Position numbers and translations under genes: made by a program. DNA of 63,851 nt, filler included, from Basidiobolus ranarum (lineage: Eukaryota), in NCBI GenBank assembly GCA_040143965.1. It is 17 parts of 17 records of this genome, joined end to end, with 100 filler letters (N's around TTAATTAATTAA, not from the genome) between each part and the next. Parts side by side here need not be neighbours in the genome. Positions count along the whole stretch, not along the records: positions 11,321 to 14,990 come from JASJQH010009216.1; positions 15,091 to 18,757 come from JASJQH010009217.1; positions 18,858 to 22,520 come from JASJQH010009218.1; positions 22,621 to 26,283 come from JASJQH010009219.1; 13 more parts are not named here. One strand, given 5' to 3'. The notes beneath the pieces are model-generated. The model did not search any database, was not told the origin of the DNA, and saw only the letters and a program-made list of their open reading frames with translations. The number at the start of each line of letters is the position of its first letter. Position 1 is the first letter of the stretch. Below are positions 11,666 through 23,137 of this stretch, piece after piece.

Positions 11666-13321
11666 ACCCTCTCCATACATTAGTTAAGAAACTACAAAAG
11701 TAGTTATGGCTTCTTTGTTTTGTTTGAAATAAAGATTTAAGGTGACTGTCTCCCCCCCCTAAGTGTATATACAGAACTTTTATATAAATTTTCTAAACTC
11801 CATGTTATCTTCTACAAATAAATATTACCCAGTATGAAGCATTAAGTAAAGGTAATTTGTAAATGGATGGATAACTTCAGGCGAGATTGTGAGGCGTTCG
11901 GTTAGAGTTAGGTTAATTGGCTATAAATAGATTATCAATATTAAGGTCGAGAAATCTAACAATGGAATATCCCTGTAGATATGTTCGAAATTTAGACGCA
12001 GCGACCAATAATAGTACAGAGTAAGCTAAGCACATCAATGCCGAGAGAAGGCGGTGTAAAGCCAGAATTATAGGGAGGCGCCTCTTCAGATTCCGACACC
12101 TCCATAGTGTACGCAGATGGTTGGTGATCTATCATCTTTCTTGAGTTAGCAAGATTATTATTTCGGAGTGTAATCTAGATCAGGAGTGTAATTTGGCTGT
12201 AAATATGTTAGGAACTTCGCCTTTATATGTATCGTCTCATCTATTTTTAGGCAAGTATTTTTAAAAGGTTACTTGATGGAAACTGTCACATATCTTCTTC
12301 CGTACATTCTATTGTGTAACGTACTAACACCAACTGGATTTTGGGTTTATCACAAAAAGCGCCAGTGCAATAGTTATGTTACATTATAGGTGGCGATAAG
12401 AGCGGGATGAGACTGATTATTTAATGACAAACAGGAATGTGGAGTTGGCACAAGAAACCAGTTATCAGAGTACGGTATATTGATTGAGAGGAATGCATTT
12501 GAGTTCTTCAAACGAACGCGTTTCTATCACGGTTTAGTTTAGAAGGTTTGTTGTAAATAACAATTGTTGAACCCAAAATGTTAAATAGTCCCAATTACGT
12601 CTTCAGCTACCCACGTGCCTATTTATAGATTAGTCTTAGTGTTGGTAGTATTCTTAAACAGGGATTTTATTTCAATTTAAATAAACATCCCACCCAAGTA
12701 TTTCTTTTCCATCACTTACTGTCACACGATAGTTCACTTAACACTATGTCATTCTAATATTCAGAAGTTAATTATTTGCAAACAGTTGTTTATGAAGTAA
12801 ACTTAAATTCTATACGTCGCTGGTAGCTATATATGAAGCCTAGTGTTGGCATAGCTTGGGTGTCACTATTAAGAGAATGATTCATCACAGCGCCGGATAC
12901 ATGGCAAGTTAGATACTGCTAATTCTGATAGCAAAACAGGAAGCAATATCATGTATCCATCAGTATATACTAATTCAGGAATAACTCATGTATGTACTTT
13001 AGAGTTAGTCTAAGTGAATGAATATATATAGTAATTTTGATACAGTTACTGGTAAAAAAAGAAGTGTCGAATTTCTACAGAATATAATAGATTTTTTAAA
13101 CCTTAATTTCAATGAATATTCGAGTAGCGTTGATCTCTATTACAACATTTACTGACCATCTAGATATGAAGTACATTGGATTATTACTGACAAATAGTGA
13201 TGCCATAATTAAATATTAACGTAAATGCTCAATTATTGGACATCGACAAATGCTAGAAATGGGTGATTGGTATCAAAGTAACATGTTAGCAATAGTAGCA
13301 CTCATCAAGGTAGACTTAGTA

Positions 13322-13540
13322 CGTAAATTCGAACTTCACTCTTGGTATCTGGCTCACCAGTTTCCGGGTAACGAATCTTGGGGATGGCTAGACCACAAGG
13401 AACTAGCATTACACAAGAAGTAATCAATGTTTGTGCATCCACCTTCATTGAAATAAATGCAACTAAAACTGCACCTGAAATGGTAGCAAACCCTGTGGTC
13501 CTGATCCTATTTAGTTGATGTAAATTTCATTCATCGTCGC
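13322..13540 (-). pseudogene. Fragment of a concentrative nucleoside transporter (CNT/SLC28 family)
   Basis: Minus strand reads TTGFATISGAVLVAFISMKVDAQTLITSCVMLVPCGLAIPKIRYPETGEP, matching the CNT motif GFATIAGSV...LITSCVMS.P...K.RYPE. Flanking frames are broken. Confidence 0.7.
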
Positions 13541-14010
13541 CTCAACTACCAGTTTGTAGAGAATTACCTAGTAAAAAGCCAATGGTGATTGTCAAAATAC
13601 GTTGTCGAGTTAGAAGTATTCTTACCATCGCATTCAACTGTCATATCGTCATTTCCAGTACACAAAATCCTGTTCAATCCATTTTAAGCCAATTAGTAAT
13701 TTAGATAGGCTATCTGTCGTATGTCATATTCTTCTCGCTGACAATTGCGCTAATACTGGTTTTTTTGATATCAATACCACAAAGTTAAGTACCATATCTT
13801 TTGTTTTCATGCGATCTCCGAAACGCTAAAAGCTTATTACTTGTGTGGTCATTGAATATGTTTGTATTTCAATTGGAATTAATTCTTTACAGCAGACACG
13901 CATGAAGCATAAATATAATTACTTTCAATTATTAGCTCTTTATTTATCACAGTCCGAGTGTTTCGATTATTGATAATTGAAAGTTGAGTGTACGCAATCT
14001 AAGCAAGATA

Positions 14011-14112
14011 TTATATTAACATTCTTTAGCGCACTGTAGTGGCCTTATATTAACATTCTTTAGCGCACTATAGTGGCCTTATACTAACATTCTTTAGCGC
14101 ACTGTAGTGGCC
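14011..14112. repeat. Tandem repeat, 3 x 34 bp
   Basis: TTATATTAACATTCTTTAGCGCACTGTAGTGGCC three times with single substitutions and no spacers. Confidence 0.95.
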
Positions 14113-15090
14113 TGCTATAGGCTTGAATCCCAGATATTTATTTACCCTCTCTACTCCTTGTTTCCTGTTTTATCTTTCCTAAGGCTTTTTGTGTACTACA
14201 ATGTCTATTTAAAGCAAGGATTTTTGACTATAAGTTTCATTTAGAACCGTCCATGATATTTTGGAGCTACTAAAAAGTATTGTGAGCTATTAAGATATTT
14301 TCAGCTACACAATCAAGGTATTGCCATCAACTATCATCAATGATAACCTTACGAAATGATTTAAATTCCAATTTTTGAATGCATCACAGTTAGTGAGCAA
14401 TTTATTTAAGAAACTCTCAATAAGTTGAATTGTATGGTCTCGTAGCTCAGATGTCACTCTGAGATATTCAAGACTGGTCTTACTAACACATATATTAAAC
14501 ATGATTAATGCGACAACCATCAATATTTTTGAGCACCCTGTTCTTGTGTTCCTAAATTAGTACTGTTCTATATTTAGAGTGCATTAATTTACAAATTGGG
14601 GATACAAAATTAAACTGAATAATGAGGTATCAATATAGATGCGTCTAGGAAGATAGTGTTTCAGCTTAATATCCCCCACGTAATATACTTACAACTAGGC
14701 GATAAGTAACATTGAGTGTAAGATGTGTTTTTCGCCATACAAAATACCATAGAACAGTGCGCATATTTATTCCACAATAAATATTAATATTCAGAGAATT
14801 CTTCCTCAGCCATATTTATTTGACTTCTTGAAGTTGTTCGTAAACTTTCAAAATATCTAATTCTCACCCTTTGTGGCCTAATGTCGGAATGTATCATCAT
14901 AGATTCTTCTGTATGAAGTGGTGCAACCAGGTTAGTATTTGTAGTGGACTTTCTTTTCTTAGAAGGTATTGTTGATTGTACTATTCGTTANNNNNNNNNN
15001 NNNNNNNNNNNNNNNNNNNNNNNNNNNNNNNNNNTTAATTAATTAANNNNNNNNNNNNNNNNNNNNNNNNNNNNNNNNNNNNNNNNNNNN

Positions 15091-15199
15091 ATATTCCTAT
15101 TTAGAATATAGGGGCTATAGATACATTGCTTTCTGTTTCTGATATATGTATCATAACTAAAGTTAACTATGATGTTGAATAAAGATTAATTATCCAACA
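15091..15199. mobile_element. Partial LTR-like repeat, family C
   Basis: Near-identical to 35911-36019, ending TTATCCAACA. Confidence 0.85.
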
Positions 15200-15358
15200 C
15201 TATTAATACAGTGTCCCAAGTCCTTTTTCTTGTAGTGGCACTCTCATTACAATTCAAAAACCTGATAATTGGTTGCATTCAATTTTTCTAAAAATGGAAT
15301 AGTTCCAGAAGTTTGAGAAGGAGATATTACAGAGAGTGCAAGCTTATGGCTCATATCT

Positions 15359-15706
15359 TATTAGAGTACTTGGGAGCCTATTGGAAGTGGTTTGGAGAAA
15401 CAGACAAGTTGGGGGGGTTTCACTTATTGATTTGTTGGGTTGAATGTTGACATTCATAGTTTTGTCATGAAGAAAGTAAACTAAATGAAGAATGCATTAA
15501 GGAAGATCCCATGAACGTGTGTGCCATGTTTGGGGCTTCTAGCACAAGCTTGAAATATCCTTATATCTGAGAACTTATGGGTTGGTAAAAGTTTTTCAAG
15601 TAAATTCCAATTCAGAATGATGGGTGATATCTTGGTGAAATATAAGATAACTAAATACTGAACTATATATGACTCTGTAGGTGTTTAGGCAAAGCTAATT
15701 TCAACA
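15359..15706 (-). mobile_element. Copia LTR family B with a degenerate PBS beside it
   Basis: Matches 46728-47075. Adjacent GGCTCATATC resembles the PBS complement GGGCTCATAACC. Confidence 0.85.
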
Positions 15707-18406
15707 AATTCCACTTAAGTTTGTTAATATCGGATTTATATGCATCAATCCTATGTGTAGTGTTCAGGTTTAAGCTAAGTGATACAATTGTATTAATTAT
15801 TTTTTTTCCTTACCTTAATGCACCTAACTATTTGCTATATAATCTAAGTCAGTAAGCATTGTTTGGCAAATATCACTTGACTGAATATTGGAATATATAC
15901 TTTTTATTCAAGTGGGTTATCCAACAGCTAGCAATGTCAAACTGAGTAATTCATTTTATTCTCACAGATGTGAGCATAACCCTATTGTTGGTTTTTTGTA
16001 TTTTCATTGAAAAGTATGATTCTTTATATATAGCCGATTAATAATTATCTCAAATTAATCAATACTCTAGTTTACCCTCAACATCAGCCACAAAGCGCAA
16101 ATCTTCCCTAAAATATTTGACCAAGTAATGTGGACTAACTTGGATGGGATATATGAAGTAGTTTAGTATACAAATATAGGGATAGAAAATATGATGAATA
16201 TCATTTGTTTCAGTACACTGTCACTTTTACGGTGACAACCATATAAGCCCTCTACAGACCCTTTACAGTGCTTCTCAGAACAGCTTTCGTGCTTCAGTTC
16301 ATTTATGGGCAGTTACTGATCATGGACAACACTTTGATAAATATAGGAAATGGTCACATTGTAAGATGTGCCGGTATGCCTTTCCTCGGCATATGCAGAT
16401 CTGACTGAGTTGAACATAGGAAGCGTGAATTAACTACGACTAAATAAATGAGACCCTAAACCAATTAATATCTCTTTAACAGCCAATCTTGCTGAAGCTA
16501 ATACCATGAAAAGTACTATACTGATGCAGCGGATTGCGTAACAATTAATAATGTGACTAATCCCCCCATTAGATAACCGTGATGAACCCAGTTGATTAAA
16601 TTACGTAAGCAAGAGCTGAGATCAAGAATAATGATTGATTGTTGAATCAGTATTGCCGCAATAAAAACCCAATCCTTGCTTTTGTTGATAGCACAAGAAT
16701 ATGGCAATGCTTACATTGATTATGCTTTTGGCAAGCTTATCCGGGATTATGACAGAAACACAGTGGAAGCGTGACGATTAATTACGACTCAGCAACCGGG
16801 TTACAAATTGATCGAGATATAATCGATCCGCGATACACTGAAACACCTGGAAGGATGATTTCGATAATAAAATCCTTGAAATACTGTGCATCCAATTAGC
16901 ATAGTCAACCAGTAGCATACTTTTACGAGACCCTTCACCAATAGCTTAGATGAGATCAAATAAATTCGGGAATAACCTAGCGTGGAAATGCAGAATTGTT
17001 TATAATGATACAGCTTCGCAATCCTCGCGCTTTGTTTCAATTCGGTGCTTTATGCCGCTATAGAGGGAAAATTTTCTTATTGGATATTTCCAGATTTGAT
17101 TGGATGTTAGTATTTGCGGTCAAGCAACCAATCTTAATTGTGATTTGCTACTATGACTCACCAACATGGTGTATCTTTATTCCCTGATATCCGGGTCAGC
17201 TTGCTGCATTTGTAAGGCATGAGGATTCGGCATTGAAGTTGATTCGATCAACAATCGCAAAAATGGAGATCAGTTATTCAGTACCGAAAGATAATCTTAA
17301 TTTCATTGGCAGTGGATTGACGCTCTCCATGGATTGACGATTTACGACGGTAGTAGGTAGGCAGATTAGGTAATTAGAAGCGCCATACCTAACGTTTGCT
17401 TTTCATTGGGATTTCGAGCACGAGCTGGTTAGATCTAGTAAATTAACGATGTGAATAATCCCTGGATTGACTGTCCTTGCTGCCAGACAATAATCAATGA
17501 GTATCTGATACGGTTTCTTCCAATTTCTGGTGGTTTCTTTGCTGTTGCTCAGCCAGATTTCCTCACATTCTACACCAGATGGCTCCATTTTATTGGGCTG
17601 TTGGGTGTGCCCCGAGTATCACGCGATTGCTCATCTTCATTCAGTTCTTCTCTGGACTAAAGCTATTCCTTCTATACTATATCGGGAGTCATGTATTTCC
17701 GCATACCGTATTGAAGGATGCTCGGCCATTGAGTCAGATAGAAATCTATAGCCATTCGTTAGAGTTCGTTTCTCAACTACGAAGGGTCGATATCTCGCCA
17801 CCAAATGGCTTGGTGATTAGGTTCTTTTCATTCGTTGCATTCCAGATGCCTCTGTCCCATTGGAGAATTGTAATTCAGTGTTCTTTAGACTTATCGACCT
17901 GAGTGCAACCATGTAGTATGCTACAAGCACCAAAATTCTCGGTACGTTGCATTGACCTACCCTATGATAGTTGCCTGATAAGGAAGTCGTAGTCCATCTT
18001 TCTGAAGTAGTAGTCCATCTTCCTAAAGTAGTATCGTAATAGCATGACAAATACCACCGATGGTCATGAGTTTGTTCTACTTTCAATTCATTCGCAGGGA
18101 CTGGCCAGATGGGTGTCATGCTCCACAACCGATAGCATTGAAACCTATCATGTCTAATTAGAACTAAGTGAAGAATAACGTGGCTGGAAAGTATAGAAAA
18201 GTAGTCATGGTTCTAGAGCCGGGGTTTTTTAGAACCGAAGCTTGGGTGCAAAGCTGATTAGGCTAATTGGTACATCAGTTAGAATTTGGCAAGTAGATAT
18301 GCATGGTACCAATATGAATTGAAAAAGCCGGAAGCACATGGTGGGTGAGGGCTATATATAAGCATGTCACTGACATCATACCACACTAGTTTACTATCTG
18401 AGAATC

Positions 18407-18757
18407 ATGTTGTGGAAACCGATTTTATTAGCTGTTGCTGCCTTACTACCCGTGAGCGTCAATTCTGATGCGATTGACATGTGGATGTCACTTCCTCGCA
18501 ATCCTAAGCTTTTCACTAGCTTTCAAACCTCCCTAGAGGTTCCTGAGGGACACGATCCAAATTACACCTATTGGTGTGCCGCTGCCTGGTTCAATGGATA
18601 CTTTGGCATACAAAGAACCAATGGAGATGACCATGCAGTCATATTCACCTTATGGAACCAAGGAAACAAATCAGCTAGAATCCTTGAGGCCGCACCTAAT
18701 GCTAAGATACATATGTGCGAAGAGCATTGTGCTGAAGGATCAGCCGCTCAGGTGATG
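18407..18757 (+). CDS. Secreted DUF3472/DUF5077-like protein, 3'-truncated by the contig end
   Basis: Signal peptide MLWKPILLAVAALLPVSVNS; LEVPEGHDPNYTYW...GYFGIQ...VIFTLW...EGSAAQ resembles the bacterial pattern VPEG.D..SYF...GYFG.Q...LFSVW...EGSGGQ. TATATAA about 50 nt upstream. Confidence 0.7.
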
Positions 18758-19783
18758 NNNNNNNNNNNNNNNNNNNNNNNNNNNNNNNNNNNNNNNNNNN
18801 NTTAATTAATTAANNNNNNNNNNNNNNNNNNNNNNNNNNNNNNNNNNNNNNNNNNNNCCTTCAGAGAAATGCCTGGTTTTGGTTTTTCCACGGTTGACTC
18901 AAATCCAGGTGATTTTGGGCAAGATTCCGCACAGTTTCCAAAATGTTAAACCACTCATCATCAGAGCAAGTGATGGTAGCTCTGACATTCAGAGTCTTTT
19001 GGTTTGCTGGTTTTCCTATGAGATTTCTACTTTCATGTGCCCAAGCAATTTTGGGTTGTTGAGTAGGCTTAATGTCCATCACATATTCTGCTCTGCCAGA
19101 TTGTCACAGTGAAGTTCATAAGTATGGTGTGGGATTGATTGAAATCCCATATGAGAATGGATGGAGGGAGCAGCATGTTGCTGTAGCTCAAGTACAGCAT
19201 TCTGAAGGTCTTGTATGATTGATGAGTGACTCTCTAACTGTTGACTAGTTGCTTTCTAATGCTGCATCAATTGCAATATTGCAGCATTATAGCTTGTCAT
19301 GGCCTGTAGAGCAACTTTGTAGTTTTTACTTATAATTGCTTACAAATCATTATGGTGTTTTGCCTGCAATTCCCTTGTTGTAATAATTCTATCCAAATTT
19401 TCTATGGAGGGTTGTTCAATATTGGGCAAAGTAACCAATTTAGAAGTTGATGGTCTTGACAGTGTTTTGGTTGAACTTTGCTCAACTATTGACTTACTAT
19501 GTAATTGGGGGATTACAATCTCTTCAGTTGCACTATTGCTGGAAAGGAACACATCTGGTGAATTGATTAATGTTTCATCATTACTTTGGTTAATTTGCAG
19601 TGTTGAAAGTCTGGTGACTTGCGGTACAAGCAGTAATTCCCAAAGAGGAAAATATTGAGTATGGTGACTGCATCTGAACACAAAGTCTCAGGACAATTAG
19701 TTGCTTGTATAGCTAAAATGCCAAAGTACCATACTTTGATAGACTAGGTTAAGGTTCCCTAGCAATATAGGCATAGCATACAA

Positions 19784-19856
19784 GGACTGGTAGCTCAGTG
19801 GTTAGAGCACCCTGCTAGAGTGAAGGAGTTCCCAGGTTTAAATCCTGGCTGAACCA
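19784..19856 (+). pseudogene. tRNA-like sequence (73 nt), decayed or TE-borne
   Basis: GGACTGG TA GCTC AGTGGTTA GAGC A CCCTG CTAGAGT GAAGG AGTTC CCAGG TTTAAAT CCTGG CTGAACC A. D and T stems are perfect and the A box is present; the T-loop/B box is mutated and the acceptor and anticodon stems are mismatched. Confidence 0.75.
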
Positions 19857-21150
19857 ATATTTCTCCCTAAATAATTTCAATATCCGGCATGTTAATGCCT
19901 TCCAAAGTGGATAGTGGATCACTAGACTGCTCATCAAGCAAGTCCTCTGTTCTTGCTGGTTTTTTTGCTTTTGTGCCAGCAGGCTTTTGCTTGGAAGCCT
20001 ATTTTGATTTAGATTTTGAACACTTTTTGAATGGCTTTGAAATTTTCAGATGGTATACTTGGTGTAATGAAAATGTTGAGAAATAGCTAGTATTAGACCA
20101 AGATTGCCATCCGTTACTGGAAATATCTTGTAAATCCCCTGATGACTCATCTGTGACACCATCTCAGAATCAGCTGATGATATTGATGGGCTATACCTAA
20201 AATACCACCCTTATGCAGGAGATATTTGTTTTTCTACAATATACTTCTCATGCTGCAACACAAACATATAAAGAAGCCCTGCTATTATTGTCACAAATTC
20301 TTGAGCTATGAAAGCTGGAGGCTTCATAGAAAAAATAATCACAAGCATGGTCACTGTACAAAGCCACCAGCTGCACAAAGCCTGGTGTTTAACAACTGTA
20401 ATAAGTTCACTAAATCAACTTTAGCTTTGCCCATTGAGTCAACTTACTGTAGTTTACCTCAAAGTTTTGGTAACACTGCCAAAAGTCAAGATACAATGGA
20501 GTTATCACAGTTATATGACCAGAATGTTGTAGGTCAAAATGCAACTTTGGTCAAACCAGGAAGTCCAGAAAACTTTGAGGACTTGCTGCTAGATGCTTGC
20601 CTTGGGTATTCTAGTACCAATGGTAGTATATCAGAAGTTGAAGAAGAAGATGATGGTTTGGTTACAGACTCTTTGTTATTGGCAAACATTAGTCCACTCA
20701 TAACACTTACTGTCAAGGAAGCAGCTTTGATTATTGAGGAGTGGAGAGTTCAATCCAATCTTGGCAACCAGGTGTTTATTGGTTTTCATACACTTTTACC
20801 ACAGTTGATTGGCAACTGTTGCTTGCCACAGACCTGGTACCAGTGGAAAACACTTGTCAATTGTATGACTTATAACCCTTCAGCAATTAAACTACCTTCA
20901 TGTCCAAATGGTTGTTTGGCTTTCACCGGTGATCTGAAAAACCTGAAGTTATGTACTGTTTGCACACAATTGGCAATCACTGAATCAGGTACCATTTCTG
21001 CTATACAAGCTACTGATTGGCCTTAGACTTTGTCTTCAGATGCAGTAGCATACTCCATATTTTTCTCTTTGGGAATTACTGCTTGTATCTCAAGTCACCA
21101 GACTTTCAACATTCCCCCTCAAGCATGATTTCTGGAATTAGCACTAACCA

Positions 21151-21509
21151 GGGCTCATAACCTGTTTGAGTATTTGGGAGCCTCTTGGAAGTGGTTTGGA
21201 GAATTAGAGGAATTGGTGGTTTTCACTTATTGATTTATTGAGTAGAAAGTTGACATTGATAGTTTTGTCAAGATGTAAACAGACTAACATGTAGAATGTG
21301 TTAAGGAAGTTCCCAGAAATATGTGTGCAAAGTTTGGGGCTTCTAGCACAAGTTTGAAAAATCAATATATCTTAGAACTTCTAAGTTGGTAAAATATTCT
21401 AAGTAAATTCTGATGGAGAATAATTGATAATATCTCAGTGAATTATAAGATAACCAAGTACTAAGATATATATGACAATATAGGTGTTTAGGCAATGCCA
21501 ATTTCAACA
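21151..21509 (-). mobile_element. Copia LTR family B (21163-21509) with PBS GGTTATGAGCCC, nested in the CACTA transposase
   Basis: TG...CA-type LTR similar to the other family B copies; GGGCTCATAACC at 21151-21162 abuts the LTR end. Confidence 0.88.
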
Positions 21510-21911
21510 CAGTCTAACATCAAACTTGGTATTAGCCATAAGCCTAAGTTTATATTGCTAAAGGGGATTAGCTGGAGCTGGAGTGGAGCTGGAGCAGAGC
21601 TGGAGTGGAGCTTCCCATTAGGCACTGTACAGTTACTACTCAACAACATTTCAATACTGCTTACTCAGGTATGTAGTGAAATATTCAATATGAATGAGCC
21701 ATTCAAGATAGGATCAAAGTTTGAATCAATTTGGAAAATGCTTGAAAACGTCAAGATGCCATCATATTTGACCAGGACTCCCATCAATATCCACTCATCT
21801 AGGCATTTATTCAAATGCAAAGACTGGAAGTATTGGATTTATATATTTTCAAGTGGAATTATGAAAAGATTTCTGCCTGATATGTATTGGCAACATTAGG
21901 AGTTGTTTGTA

Positions 21912-22520
21912 TTGGGAAAACATGGGCTGTTTGGAGGAACTTTAGAAAAGTGGAGTTGTGAATAGCTTTGTGAGATAGTTGTTTATTGTTCAGAAATAAA
22001 GCATTTCTACTTTTTGGTGGAAATACAGAAAACTAGCACTGGGTTTGTGTTGAAAACATCTGTGGGAGTAAAATGAGCTATTTTTGGGACAATTTGGTCA
22101 AGTTTGAAATTTCCAATATGGAATTGCTAATTTTCACCTTATCCACATATATATGTAATATATGTTCCAATTTTCAGCCAAGTGATATTTGACTAAGTAA
22201 TGTTAACTAACTTATATGTGATATATGAAATAGTTAGGTGTATAAAGGTAGAGATAACAAATATGATAAAGACAATAAACTTCAACACTCCCACTCAACT
22301 AAATATTCATATATCTTCATCCTAATTTAAATCTTAATTCTTGAAATTTAGGCTTGGGTAATGGTTTGGTAAGGATATCAGCAATCATGTCCTCAGTTGG
22401 ACAGTACTCCAGTTGGACATGCTTATTCTCAATAGCTTCCCTAACAAAGTGATGTTTAATAATAATGTGCTTACTTCTAGTATGAAATTTGGGATTTTTA
22501 GCTAAAGAAATACAACTTTA
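21912..22520 (-). mobile_element. Copia RNase H end, PPT and 3' LTR (family D)
   Basis: Minus strand reads KNPKFHTRSKHIIIKHHFVRE...EYCPTEDMIADILTKPLP, then GAGTGGGAG and TGTTGAAG at 22287. The left LTR boundary is approximate. Confidence 0.85.
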
Positions 22521-22620
22521 NNNNNNNNNNNNNNNNNNNNNNNNNNNNNNNNNNNNNNNNNNNNTTAATTAATTAANNNNNNNNNNNNNNNNNNNNNNNN
22601 NNNNNNNNNNNNNNNNNNNN

Positions 22621-23137
22621 GAATGTATACATATTGTGAAGAGAGCACTAGAAAAGTATCTAGCCAAGCCACCACAGTGACACCCCAACCATTATGACTT
22701 TGTCTACCTTCTTTTGTGACCGGTTCAATCTCGTCTTGCCCAAGAACGTGAGTGAAATAAGCACTCCAAGTAGACAAAAGAGCGGTTCTAATCTTCGCTT
22801 GTCTATCCAAACTGAGTTTTTTATGCTCTAAACCATCGTAAAGCTTATCAGCAGGGTTATTAAGCTTTGGTTCCTCGTTTACGAAGGAAGCATTCTTGAT
22901 ATCACCAGGGAGTATCTCGTCTTGCTCGACTAAAGCACCATCCGAATGGTGAAAGTTAAACTTTTCTGACTCCACCAGACCACTATGATATAATAAGAAC
23001 AAGCATACTACGGAAAAGAGCATGAATATGACCAAACGGCGACGAAATAAGATTTTGGGGTTAAAAAGTCGTAAAAAAGAGTTGCCCCGGGAACCTACGG
23101 CTCGTGCTTCATTGGAATGGCTAGGTAGGTCGGGCAT
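22621..23137 (-). CDS. GH47 class I alpha-1,2-mannosidase-like protein, 5' part (type II membrane protein)
   Basis: N-terminal TM segment, stem, then RQAKIRTALLSTWSAY...GQDEIEPVT...NGWGVTVVAWLDT, matching the GH47 pattern W..Y...G.DE..P....GWGAT.VD.LDT. Confidence 0.8.

Larger units (their letters stand above)
18858..21910. mobile_element. Degenerate CACTA/En-Spm (CMC) DNA transposon: transposase pieces on +, probable accessory ORF on -
   Basis: SCPNGCLAFTGDLKNLKLCTVC (20226-21026) and PSYLTRTPINIH...FKCKDWKYWIYIFS...LPDMYWQH (21495-21899) are En/Spm-type transposase motifs. The minus-strand ORF region 18880-19075 recurs at 41424-41620. Confidence 0.75.

Noticed and set aside
14011-14112. 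34-bp repeats as a possible CRISPR array
   Set aside because: No spacers; a simple minisatellite.
16250-18150. Several overlapping short ORFs in coding-like sequence
   Set aside because: No consistent frame or recognisable motif; possibly a decayed gene.
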